Source: Pseudomonadota bacterium
GTDB lineage: Bacteria > UBA10199 > 2-02-FULL-44-16 > JBDRGF01
Reading direction: 5' to 3'
Length of the DNA stretch: 14,714 nt
NCBI GenBank assembly: GCA_043818055.1
Contig: JBDRGF010000090.1
Span: 1-14,714 of the forward strand
The translations under genes and the position numbers were made by a program. The stretch's first letter is position 1; every line of letters begins with the position of its first letter. Positions 5,499 to 13,132 of this stretch are shown here, piece by piece. The notes beneath the pieces are model-generated. The model saw only the letters and a list, made by a program, of their open reading frames with translations, had not been told where the DNA came from and did no database searches.

Positions 5499-6544
5499 TG
5501 GGGGAATCGAATATCATGGGAACGCTCGAAAGACATAAAGTATTAGCCGCGATGATCGTGAAGGGTAAGGTCGATGATTACACTCCACTCGTCGATGCCC
5601 TCTCCCCTGAGGAGAAAAATCCTGTGAAAGAGTATATCAAAGAGCTGATGAATGAATCCGATGCCAGATACGCGGCTCTTGCCGAGATAAAAAAATTAAA
5701 GGCCAAACGCGATTTCAGGGACCTCGAGAAGGTTCACCCTGGATGGATACTTTACGCGCTGAGAGATGAATCTCCAAGGGTGATAGGCATTATCTTAAGA
5801 TATCTTCCTTCAAGGCAGGTCAGATACATAGTGCAGAACCTCCCGCCAAAGACCAGGGAGAGCCTTCCCCATATGGTGGAATCGTTTGCTGTTCCTTCAG
5901 AGGTGCTGGAGTTAGTTAAGAAAAAATTTATGGAGAGGTTTTCTTTTTTGAGTCCCGCCGTATCGGGTACGATTGCAAATCTCACAGCTGTCGATGGGGA
6001 AGGGGTAATGTCGATCGTTAAAGAGCTTGGAATAATGGAGTTGGGATTTGCGTTGTCAGGGCTCTCTAAACCATCGATGAAGATTCTCTATAATCGTTTA
6101 AAATTGAAGGATGCAAAAAAACTTAGGCAAAGGATTGTCGGATTTGAAGATGATTCCGCTTTAAGAAGGGAAGCGCGCTTCGCCCTTTTGGATATGAATT
6201 TAAAAGAGGAGGGCGAGGAGGAGCTTATACTAGAGATGGGGCTCAATTTTTTATCGAGGGCTATTTTGAAGGGTGATTCTTCGAGTGTCGATGTCATCTC
6301 CCAGAAGTTGCCCCCTCAATTTGGTTACAAGTTTAAACGCAAGGTCACTGAGAATTCAGTCTCCGTTAATGAAGAAAATGTGAAAAAAAGACTTAAGATC
6401 GTCTCAAAGCTTCTTTCTGATATGAGAAACGACCTGGTGATGGAGCTGAGCGATGACGAGGATACCGCGAGTTTTATATCCGAAACAGTTAACAGTTTAC
6501 AGTTTACAGTTAAAACCATCAGATATAATATCGAAAAACTGTGA
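5498..6544 (+). CDS. SctK-position sorting-platform protein with FliG middle/C-domain-like repeats
   Basis: VHPGW (SctK-type HPSW motif) is followed by LRDESPRVIGIILRYLP (FliG-M RDEHPQIIATIL-like) and VDGEGVMSIVKELGIMELGFALSG...KDAKKLRQRI (FliG-C-like). Located between sctI and sctL, with TAATG coupling to sctI. Confidence 0.7.
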   Translation: MGESNIMGTLERHKVLAAMIVKGKVDDYTPLVDALSPEEKNPVKEYIKELMNESDARYAALAEIKKLKAKRDFRDLEKVHPGWILYALRDESPRVIGIILRYLPSRQVRYIVQNLPPKTRESLPHMVESFAVPSEVLELVKKKFMERFSFLSPAVSGTIANLTAVDGEGVMSIVKELGIMELGFALSGLSKPSMKILYNRLKLKDAKKLRQRIVGFEDDSALRREARFALLDMNLKEEGEEELILEMGLNFLSRAILKGDSSSVDVISQKLPPQFGYKFKRKVTENSVSVNEENVKKRLKIVSKLLSDMRNDLVMELSDDEDTASFISETVNSLQFTVKTIRYNIEKL

Positions 6545-6575
6545 ACTGTGAACTGTGAACTGTGAACTGAAAACT
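6485..6575 (+). repeat. Heptamer inverted-repeat hairpin (ACAGTTW)4 / (AACTGTG)4 overlapping the 3' end of the SctK/FliG-like gene
   Basis: acagtta acagttt acagttt acagtt (6485-6511). aactgtg x4 (6537-6564) then aactgaa aact. The gene's TGA (6542-6544) lies inside the repeat. Confidence 0.9.
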
Positions 6576-6585
6576 AGGAGTTTTT

Positions 6586-7260
6586 GTGGCAAAAATCGTA
6601 AAACAAAAGGACTTAAAAAAGACGGATAAATCCGCCCCTGCCGTTTCGAAGAGTTTCGTCAGCCCTATAGTCGGAAAGGGAGGCATCGTTGATAAAAAGG
6701 TGCTGGCTGCCGGGGGTAAGGCGGAGGATATTCTGAAACAGGCCCAGGTCGAAGCTGAAAAGATAAGAGCCGAGGCTGAAAAAATAAAAACGGGCATTGA
6801 ATCAGCAAGAGAAAAGGCAAAAAAAGAGGGATTTGAGTCGGGACGCGAAGAGGGATTGCAGGTCTTTACTGAAAAGGTAATACAGCTGGAAAGGGAGCGT
6901 GAGGCATTTTTTGAAGAGGCGCAGGATGAAGTGATGAAACTCGTCATGTCTATCGCCGAAAAGATCATCGGCAAGCTAGTCTTGCAACACGAAGGGATTA
7001 TAGAAGTTGTCGTGCGTCAGGCGCTGGAGCGGGCGATCGGCGACAGAATAACAGTGCGCCTCAATCCGGATGACTATAAAGAGATAACCGATAAGGGTGT
7101 TGGATTTGGCGATATCATCGACAGGACGAGAAGGCTCACCTTTCGTGAGGATGAATCGATCGAACGCGGCGGATGTGTTGTTGAGACCGAGGTTGGAACG
7201 ATCGACGCGAGGCTCGAGACGCAGCTTAAGGCGATTCGCAAAACGCTCGGGGTGGGATGA
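6586..7260 (+). CDS. sctL: T3SS stator protein SctL (FliH/YscL family)
   Basis: GTG start with AGGAG SD (6576-6580). AxxxGxxxG repeats ([13 protein letters not shown]), [27 protein letters not shown] overlap with the ATPase gene. Confidence 0.92.
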   Translation: MAKIVKQKDLKKTDKSAPAVSKSFVSPIVGKGGIVDKKVLAAGGKAEDILKQAQVEAEKIRAEAEKIKTGIESAREKAKKEGFESGREEGLQVFTEKVIQLEREREAFFEEAQDEVMKLVMSIAEKIIGKLVLQHEGIIEVVVRQALERAIGDRITVRLNPDDYKEITDKGVGFGDIIDRTRRLTFREDESIERGGCVVETEVGTIDARLETQLKAIRKTLGVG

Positions 7261-8627
7261 TGGAGAAGAGGGTAAAAAAAATTCAGACTGAAGTAGGGGA
7301 GTTAGAGATTCCCGTCGTCGATTTTCATAAATATCAACATCTCCTTTCATCACTTTCAACATACAATATAAAGGGGAAGGTGACTGAGCTGACAGGTCTT
7401 GTCGTAAGGGCAGTCGTCCCAGGCGTGAGGATGGGTGAACTCTGTTTTATAGTTCCATATCATGGTCTGGCCCCCATAAAAGCAGAAGTCGTCGGTTTCA
7501 AGGATCAGGAGGTGCTCCTGATGCCGCTTGGAAATCTTGAGGGAATAGGTTTGGGTAACGATGTCATTCCCACAGGGCATAACCTCACAGTGAGAGTAGG
7601 TAACGGGCTTTTAGGAAGGGTGCTCGATGGTCTGGGCGATCCGCTCGATGAGGACAAATTAGGCCCACTCGATTTTTCAGCTGAGTATCCCGTCACAGCC
7701 GAACCGCCCAAAGCGATGAAGAGAGAGCGCGTTACAAGGCCTATCTCGGTCGGGATCAGAGCGATCGATTCTGTTCTTACGGTTGGCGAGGGGCAGAGAA
7801 TAGGTTTTTTCGCGGCGGCAGGTGTCGGTAAATCCACACTGATCGGCATGATCGCTCGCAATACGGAGGCGGATATCAACGTCATCTGTCTCGTCGGTGA
7901 GCGAGGCAGAGAGGTCAGGGATTTTATAGAGGGCGATCTTGGCGAAGAGGGATTGAAGAGATCGGTCGTCATCGTTTCCACATCGGACCAGCCCGCGCTT
8001 GTCCGTTTGAAGGCGGCATATGTAGCGACAGCCATAGCTGAATATTTTCGCGATCAGGGAAAGAGGGTCATGCTCATGATGGATTCGGTGACCCGTTTTG
8101 CCAGAGCGCTTCGCGAAGTTGGACTCGCAGTTGGAGAGCCGCCTGCGAGACAGGGTTATACGCCATCGGTCTTTTCGATGTTGCCCCGACTTCTTGAGAG
8201 GAGCGGAAATTCAGATAAGGGTTCGATAACGGCTTTTTATACGATACTCGTTGCTGGAGATGACATGAACGAGCCGGTCGCAGATGAGACGAGATCGATT
8301 TTGGATGGACATATCATCCTCTCCAGGGCGCTTGCCGCCAGAAGTCATTATCCAGCCATTGATATTTCTGAGAGCATCAGCCGTGTCATGGATTCCATCG
8401 TCGAAGAGGATCACAAGGATTGTGCAAGAAAATTGAGGGAGGTTGTAGCTAATTATGAGAAGGAGAGAGATCTGATTTTGATAGGCGCGTATGAAGAGGG
8501 CTCAGATCCGAAAGTCGATTACGCGATTGAAAAGATAGAAGAGGTGAACGAATTTCTGAAACAGAAAGTTACTGACAAAATTTCATTCGAAGAGGCTGTG
8601 GAAAAGCTCAAAGAGATTTTTTCGTAG
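7257..8627 (+). CDS. sctN: T3SS ATPase SctN (FliI/YscN family)
   Basis: Walker [10 protein letters not shown] (injectisome-type AAAG), GERGREV, Walker [33 protein letters not shown]. Confidence 0.97.
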   Translation: MMEKRVKKIQTEVGELEIPVVDFHKYQHLLSSLSTYNIKGKVTELTGLVVRAVVPGVRMGELCFIVPYHGLAPIKAEVVGFKDQEVLLMPLGNLEGIGLGNDVIPTGHNLTVRVGNGLLGRVLDGLGDPLDEDKLGPLDFSAEYPVTAEPPKAMKRERVTRPISVGIRAIDSVLTVGEGQRIGFFAAAGVGKSTLIGMIARNTEADINVICLVGERGREVRDFIEGDLGEEGLKRSVVIVSTSDQPALVRLKAAYVATAIAEYFRDQGKRVMLMMDSVTRFARALREVGLAVGEPPARQGYTPSVFSMLPRLLERSGNSDKGSITAFYTILVAGDDMNEPVADETRSILDGHIILSRALAARSHYPAIDISESISRVMDSIVEEDHKDCARKLREVVANYEKERDLILIGAYEEGSDPKVDYAIEKIEEVNEFLKQKVTDKISFEEAVEKLKEIFS

Positions 8628-8638
8628 GGGTGTGAATC

Positions 8639-9151
8639 ATGGCTGAAAAATACCGCCTACAGCCTATTTTGACCGTGAGAAAGAGGGTGAAGAGACAAGC
8701 TGAAATTCAGCTCTCTATCGCCCTCAAAGAGTTCAAAGAGGCGAAGGAAAAACTTAAAAAACTCGAGGAAGAGAAGGCAGAAATTGTAAAGGCGTGGAAG
8801 GCTAAGAGGCGCGAGATGGAAAAAGAGATGGGGCGCGGGGCTTTTATCGGCGAAGGAAATCGCTTTGTGAATTTTTTAAGGAAATTAAAAGAGGATCAGG
8901 AGAAGAAGGAGAAGGAGATAGAAAAACAGAAAGCTGCGATAGAGAAGGCCAAGGAGAACGTGGCGAAGTGCAGAAGAAAATATATCGATGCGTGCAAATC
9001 GCTTCAGACGATGGAGAAACATAAGGAGTTGTGGGAGAAGAAACAAAAGGATATACTGACGAAAAAAGAGGAAAAGGAAATGGATGAACTCTCAAGAACA
9101 ATTCATTCATTAAAAAAATGGCGCGGCGAAAAGTCAGTGTTTGAAAATTAG
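8639..9151 (+). CDS. sctO: T3SS stalk protein SctO (FliJ/YscO-like)
   Basis: Lys/Glu coiled coil with N-terminal YRLQPILTVRKR and MEKHKELW...EEKEMDE. Directly follows sctN. Confidence 0.85.
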   Translation: MAEKYRLQPILTVRKRVKRQAEIQLSIALKEFKEAKEKLKKLEEEKAEIVKAWKAKRREMEKEMGRGAFIGEGNRFVNFLRKLKEDQEKKEKEIEKQKAAIEKAKENVAKCRRKYIDACKSLQTMEKHKELWEKKQKDILTKKEEKEMDELSRTIHSLKKWRGEKSVFEN

Positions 9152-9202
9152 CATATAGCGCTTAGCGGATAGGTTTTTCTATCCGCTAAACGCTATGCGC
9201 TA
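9149..9202 (+). repeat. Heptamer inverted-repeat hairpin (TAGCRNW)n
   Basis: tagcata tagcgct tagcgga tag, loop gttttt, ctatccg ctaaacg ctatgcg cta. About 24-bp stem. The first TAG is the sctO stop. Confidence 0.85.
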
Positions 9203-9216
9203 TAGTTGGAGTTATT

Positions 9217-10008
9217 ATGACCAAAAGAACAAAAGACGTTGAAAAACCGAAGGAACCAATAGCTTCTCAATACAACTATAAGCCGAAGCCGAAGGCAAAA
9301 GATCAGAAGAGCAAGTTCGACAAGCTTCTCGAGCAGAAACAATTCAAACAGAGCTCCACCGTACAGGATTCCTCGCTTTTCAGAAAGACAGCGACAGAGC
9401 AGGCCGTAGGCCAGGCTCGTTCGCAGGATCAGGGGGATCGGGAGAAGAGGGATGAGAAGAAGGAGTTTCAGAAGAAAGATGGCGACGAGAGGTCGTCGGA
9501 AAAGAGGTCGGAATCTGGTCAGAAGGTAGGCGCTAAGCAATCGCTGAAGGACCAAAAGCAGCAGGGCGGATCGCAGAACAAGCAAGGCGGCAAGGGTTTT
9601 GGCATGGCAAAGAGGGGTGTTGTAGAGAAAAAGGGATTGGAGCAGAAGGGAAAGAGCGACACCTCTGTCGTAGCAAAGGGAAAATTCGCAAGGGAGCTGG
9701 CACAGAGTTTAAAGGATTTGTCCTCAACTCGCGCGAAGAGTGTCGATCAGGAAGTATTAAATGAAATCGTAAAATACGTGAAACTTGCTAAGAACGATAA
9801 CGATGAGAAGGAGATGGAGATTCATTTCAGGGATAAGCTCTTCAAGGGGTTGAAGCTCAAAGTTGCATCGACGGGAAAGGGTAGGGTCAGCGTCCACTTT
9901 TCATCCTCCGATTCCGAGACGAGAAGGATATTTGATTCGAACAAAAAGCGTATTGTAGATGCTTTGGGGAAACAAGGAATAGAGGTTGATGAGATTAGTG
10001 TTAGCTGA
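9217..10008 (+). CDS. sctP: Needle-length control/substrate-switch protein SctP (FliK/YscP-like)
   Basis: Long low-complexity K/Q/E/S N-terminus plus a C-terminal FliK-type domain (EMEIHFRDKLFKGLKLKV...GRVSVHFSSSDSETRRIFDSNKKRIVDALGKQGIEVDEISVS). Conserved position between sctO and sctQ. Confidence 0.75.
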   Translation: MTKRTKDVEKPKEPIASQYNYKPKPKAKDQKSKFDKLLEQKQFKQSSTVQDSSLFRKTATEQAVGQARSQDQGDREKRDEKKEFQKKDGDERSSEKRSESGQKVGAKQSLKDQKQQGGSQNKQGGKGFGMAKRGVVEKKGLEQKGKSDTSVVAKGKFARELAQSLKDLSSTRAKSVDQEVLNEIVKYVKLAKNDNDEKEMEIHFRDKLFKGLKLKVASTGKGRVSVHFSSSDSETRRIFDSNKKRIVDALGKQGIEVDEISVS

Positions 10009-10023
10009 TATATATTTAATCTG

Positions 10024-10953
10024 ATGACTATCAAACCATTCAAACTCAAATTGAAAAAAGTCACCGAGAGGGATATCCTGTGGGTATCATCCCTTTTTGA
10101 GCTCCCCTCCCATCTGGGATTGAATCCCACTATCACAGAGGATATTACAAATATTGTTTCGAGGCAGATCGGCGTAAATATGCGGATGGAGCTCGATAAT
10201 TATCAGAGGGAGACGTTCGGTGCTTTGAAGAAGAGGTTTGCGCACACATTTTTCGGTTTTTCATCCGAGATGATTCCCGATTCGCTTGATATCGTAACCC
10301 AGCTCGACATACCCTTCACCCTCATGATGGTGGAGCGGCTTCTTGGTAGTTCCAAGACGACATTTCCACATCCGAGGGATCTGACAGAGATCGAACAGGG
10401 GGTCTTTCAATATCTGATTTTAAATATCCTCTCAGAGATTCACAAAACTTTAAAGGCCAAGAGCAAAACGAGATTTCTTTTTAAAAAATATATCATCGGA
10501 GAACAGGACTTGAGCAGGACTTTTGAGCCTGATGAGGAGATGGTGGTTCTCAACTACCGCATTTGGGTGGGCGATAACTGTGGTTTTGTCAGAATTCTTT
10601 TTCCATTCTCTCTGATCGATAAAGTCGGATCTGTCCCCGAAGAGATGTCAGAGTTCAGTGAAGAGCGCTTACAACTGGTCGAACAAAATCTTGAGAGTTT
10701 CGGTTATCTCAACACATTGATTTGGGCAGAGGCAGGCAGAAGCAACGTTTCAGGAGCCGACTGCGGGGGCCTTGAAGAGGGGGATGTGGTCATCTTCGAT
10801 ACTTCCGAGATCGATTTTAAAGATGGCAAGCCAGGTGGTAATCTCATATTGCGTGTCGGCGACGGATTGGCTCTTGGCCTCTTGTCAGATTTTGAATTTG
10901 CCGGAAAAAATGATATAAAGTGTAAGATAAAAAAGTTATACAGAGGAGACTAG
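10024..10953 (+). CDS. sctQ: Cytoplasmic ring protein SctQ, FliM-like large subunit
   Basis: FliM-middle-like LDIPFTLMMVERLLGS...RDLTEIEQGVF...GFVRILFP, then a SpoA-like C-terminus (IWAEAGRSNVS...LEEGDVVIFD). Confidence 0.8.
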   Translation: MTIKPFKLKLKKVTERDILWVSSLFELPSHLGLNPTITEDITNIVSRQIGVNMRMELDNYQRETFGALKKRFAHTFFGFSSEMIPDSLDIVTQLDIPFTLMMVERLLGSSKTTFPHPRDLTEIEQGVFQYLILNILSEIHKTLKAKSKTRFLFKKYIIGEQDLSRTFEPDEEMVVLNYRIWVGDNCGFVRILFPFSLIDKVGSVPEEMSEFSEERLQLVEQNLESFGYLNTLIWAEAGRSNVSGADCGGLEEGDVVIFDTSEIDFKDGKPGGNLILRVGDGLALGLLSDFEFAGKNDIKCKIKKLYRGD

Positions 10954-11014
10954 TGCTTCGTCAATTTAATTGACACTGGTGTCAATATAATAATATTAAA
11001 TTGTTACGAGCACT
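10952..11014. repeat. 63-bp MITE/IS-end-like palindromic element
   Basis: Terminal imperfect IRs AGTGCTTCGTCAATTTAAT (10952-10970) and ATTAAATTGTTACGAGCACT (10995-11014). Internal dyad TTGACAC-TG-GTGTCAA (10970-10985). Confidence 0.6.
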
Positions 11015-11069
11015 TGTACCTGTCCTCAATATAATATAATAAAAAACTAAACAGATGAGGTGCTAAATT

Positions 11070-11576
11070 ATGCCAAGGCGCAAGAAGGAAGAAAAACCCG
11101 AAGAGGGAAGCGGTTTTGATGATAATTTTGATGAGTTCGACGAGCTCGAAGAGGAAAAGCCTGAAACTTCGGAGGATACAGATCCGATAGAAGAGGGAGA
11201 ATCTGAAGAGGAGGAGTTAGGCGAAGACCTCTTCGATGAAGATGCCTCCGAGGCTGAATCTGAAGAGGTAGAAGCGGCGCCTGAAGAAGAACTGCCCTCA
11301 ATCGAAGATGAAACACCGATGGAGGATGAATCATCAAAGGAGAATATCGCCTTCGAATCTTCACCCGATGTCGCAGTTCAACTCGTCGCCGTGATGGGAA
11401 AGAGAAAACTTAGCTTGAGGGATATTCTGGATCTTAAACTGGGCTCAGTCGTAGATCTAAAAAGGCCTCCCAATGAGACAGTCGATCTGGTAGCTAACGG
11501 CAAGCTGATCGCCAGAGGCGAACTCGTCGAGATAGAAGGAAAGTTGGGAGTTAAGATATTGAAGATAGTGAGGTAG
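11070..11576 (+). CDS. FliN/SctQ-C SpoA-domain protein with a long acidic N-terminal extension
   Basis: C-terminal SpoA domain DVAVQLVAVMGKRKLSLRDILDLKLGSVVDL...VDLVANGKLIARGELVEIEGKLGVKI. First ~96 aa are nearly half Asp/Glu. SD GAGG. Confidence 0.88.
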   Translation: MPRRKKEEKPEEGSGFDDNFDEFDELEEEKPETSEDTDPIEEGESEEEELGEDLFDEDASEAESEEVEAAPEEELPSIEDETPMEDESSKENIAFESSPDVAVQLVAVMGKRKLSLRDILDLKLGSVVDLKRPPNETVDLVANGKLIARGELVEIEGKLGVKILKIVR

Positions 11577-11653
11577 TTTGTAGTTCACAGTTCACAGTTT
11601 ACAGTGAACTGTGAAAACTTCGACCACATAGCTTTTACTGTAAACTGTAAACT
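11574..11653 (+). repeat. Heptamer inverted-repeat hairpin (YAGTTYA)n / (ACTGTAA)n
   Basis: tagtttg tagttca cagttca cagttta cagtgaa (11574-11608) and actgtaa actgtaa act (11637-11653). Same unit family as 6485-6575. Begins at the stop codon of the FliN-like gene. Confidence 0.85.
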
Positions 11654-11669
11654 TTATAATGGGGGATTT

Positions 11670-12026
11670 ATGTTTTTCAGTCCATTACTCACAGCTGCTG
11701 TTTCTACTGTAGAGGCGACGCCATCCACCACCATTGATTTTACATGGCTCTTTCTAAAGATGGTCATCTTTTTGGTGATCGTCATCGTGTTAGCGCTCAT
11801 CTTTCTCAAATACGGTGCCCCGAGATTGCGTAAAACTATGGGGATCGAGGGATACTTTGAAATTTTGGGGAGAAAAAGGCTGGAGGGAAGAAAAGTCCTC
11901 TATTTTGTTAAGGGGCCTGAAAGATATTTCGTGATCGGAGTCGCGGAACATGGTATAAGTAAAATCGCCGAATATAAATTAGATGAAATAGAAGGGGTGG
12001 GGGGAGATGCTCAGTCAAAGAAATAA
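11670..12026 (+). CDS. fliO: FliO-family membrane protein (export-gate assembly chaperone)
   Basis: TM helix (WLFLKMVIFLVIVIVLALIFLKYG) then FliO-type beta domain FEILGRKRLEGRKVLYFVKGPERYFVIGVAEHGISKIAE. Between the FliN-like gene and sctR. ATG 11670 has a GGGGGA SD, whereas the ORF-track start at 11604 lies in the repeat. Confidence 0.8.
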   Translation: MFFSPLLTAAVSTVEATPSTTIDFTWLFLKMVIFLVIVIVLALIFLKYGAPRLRKTMGIEGYFEILGRKRLEGRKVLYFVKGPERYFVIGVAEHGISKIAEYKLDEIEGVGGDAQSKK

Positions 12027-12789
12027 AAAGAGCCTTAAACTTTTCGTCGGTGTCGGCGTTGTCCTTTTAACTCTATCAATAAGCTCCATTGCGCATGCCC
12101 AGAACGTGGCCGCAATGAGCGTCTCAAAGCCGCTCGTGCTCTTGGGGCTGCTCGCATCTTTGGCGCTGGTTCCTTTCATGGTCATGATGGTGACCTCGTT
12201 TGTCAAGATAGCGGTCGTCCTCTCTTTGGTCAGAAATGCGATCGGCACGCAGCAGGTGCCGCCTAATATCGTCGTCACAGGCCTTGCTGTGATACTCACG
12301 ATTTACATAATGGCGCCAGTCGGGCAGGAAATTTACAGCTCTGCTAAAGGTGTTATTAATCAGGGGAGTAATCAGCCGATGATGTCGCAGGCGACGGTCA
12401 AGCTTCTCCTCGAAGGGGTTGAAAAGGGAAAGGGGCCAGTTCGCGCATTTCTCCTCAAACATTCCCATGAGAAGGAACAAAATCTCTTTTACAATCTCGG
12501 TTTGAAGCTGGAGAACGATCCAAAGAAGAAGGATGAGATTAAAAAAGAGGATTTTATAAATCTCATCCCAGCCTTCGTCGTGAGCGAACTAGCCGAAGCC
12601 TTTCAGATCGGTTTCATAATCTTTTTGCCATTTTTGGTGATAGATCTTGTCATAGCCAACATTCTTCTTGCCTTGGGCATGTTCCAGATCTCGCCGATCA
12701 CTATTTCGTTGCCGTTTAAGCTCTTGCTATTTGTGCTGGTAGATGGCTGGCACCTCATAGCGAGAGGATTGATATTGGGGTATGTCTGA
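12007..12789 (+). CDS. sctR: T3SS export apparatus protein SctR (FliP/YscR family)
   Basis: MMVTSFVKIAVVLSLVRNAIGTQQVPPN, LIPAFVVSELAEAFQIGFIIFLPFLVIDL..ANILLALGM, PITISLPFKLLLFVLVDGW. N-terminal signal-peptide-like segment ending AHA. Confidence 0.96.
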   Translation: MLSQRNKKSLKLFVGVGVVLLTLSISSIAHAQNVAAMSVSKPLVLLGLLASLALVPFMVMMVTSFVKIAVVLSLVRNAIGTQQVPPNIVVTGLAVILTIYIMAPVGQEIYSSAKGVINQGSNQPMMSQATVKLLLEGVEKGKGPVRAFLLKHSHEKEQNLFYNLGLKLENDPKKKDEIKKEDFINLIPAFVVSELAEAFQIGFIIFLPFLVIDLVIANILLALGMFQISPITISLPFKLLLFVLVDGWHLIARGLILGYV

Positions 12790-13055
12790 TGTCGGGATAT
12801 TTTGTCGCCATAGCAAAACAGTCTCTGTTTTTGGTACTGATTCTCACAGGGCCACCGGTGCTAATCGCCATGGTAGTCGGTTTGACCATCAGTATTCTCC
12901 AGGCGACGACTCAGATTCAGGAGCAGACGCTGACTTTTGTGCCAAAGCTCTTTTCAGTTGTTCTCGTCCTGGCTATCGGGGGACCATGGATGCTTGCGCA
13001 GCTGATAGGTTTTACCATTTCCCTTTATGAAGCAATCCCGACGTATGTGCATTGA
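12789..13055 (+). CDS. sctS: T3SS export apparatus protein SctS (FliQ/YscS family)
   Basis: VGLTISILQATTQIQEQTLTFVPKL motif, 88 aa, TGATG coupling with sctR. Confidence 0.96.
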   Translation: MSGYFVAIAKQSLFLVLILTGPPVLIAMVVGLTISILQATTQIQEQTLTFVPKLFSVVLVLAIGGPWMLAQLIGFTISLYEAIPTYVH

Positions 13056-13059
13056 GTTT

Positions 13060-13121
13060 ATAAAAACAAAGGCGCATGTAGCATGTGGCATGTAGGATGT
13101 AGTAAAGCCATGCAACATGCG
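13060..13121 (+). repeat. Heptamer repeat (GCATGTR)n with a short inverted arm, preceded by the leader ATAAAAACAAAGGCGCAT
   Basis: gcatgta gcatgtg gcatgta ggatgta (13074-13101), then gccatgcaacatgcg (13107-13121). The 18-nt leader at 13060-13077 matches 1233-1250 at 17/18 positions. Confidence 0.8.
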
Positions 13122-13132
13122 ATTTTTCCCCA

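Noticed and set aside
6537..6575. Tandem repeats as a CRISPR array
   Set aside because: Units are 7 nt with no unique spacers, and no cas genes are present. The same applies to the other heptamer arrays.
10960..10974. GTCAATTTAATTGAC as a FleQ-like operator
   Set aside because: One base longer than the recalled consensus, no sigma54 promoter is visible downstream, and it is explained by the palindromic element it lies in.
11604..11669. ORF-track N-terminal extension of the FliO-like gene
   Set aside because: The GTG start is inside the heptamer hairpin without an SD, whereas ATG 11670 has a GGGGGA SD.
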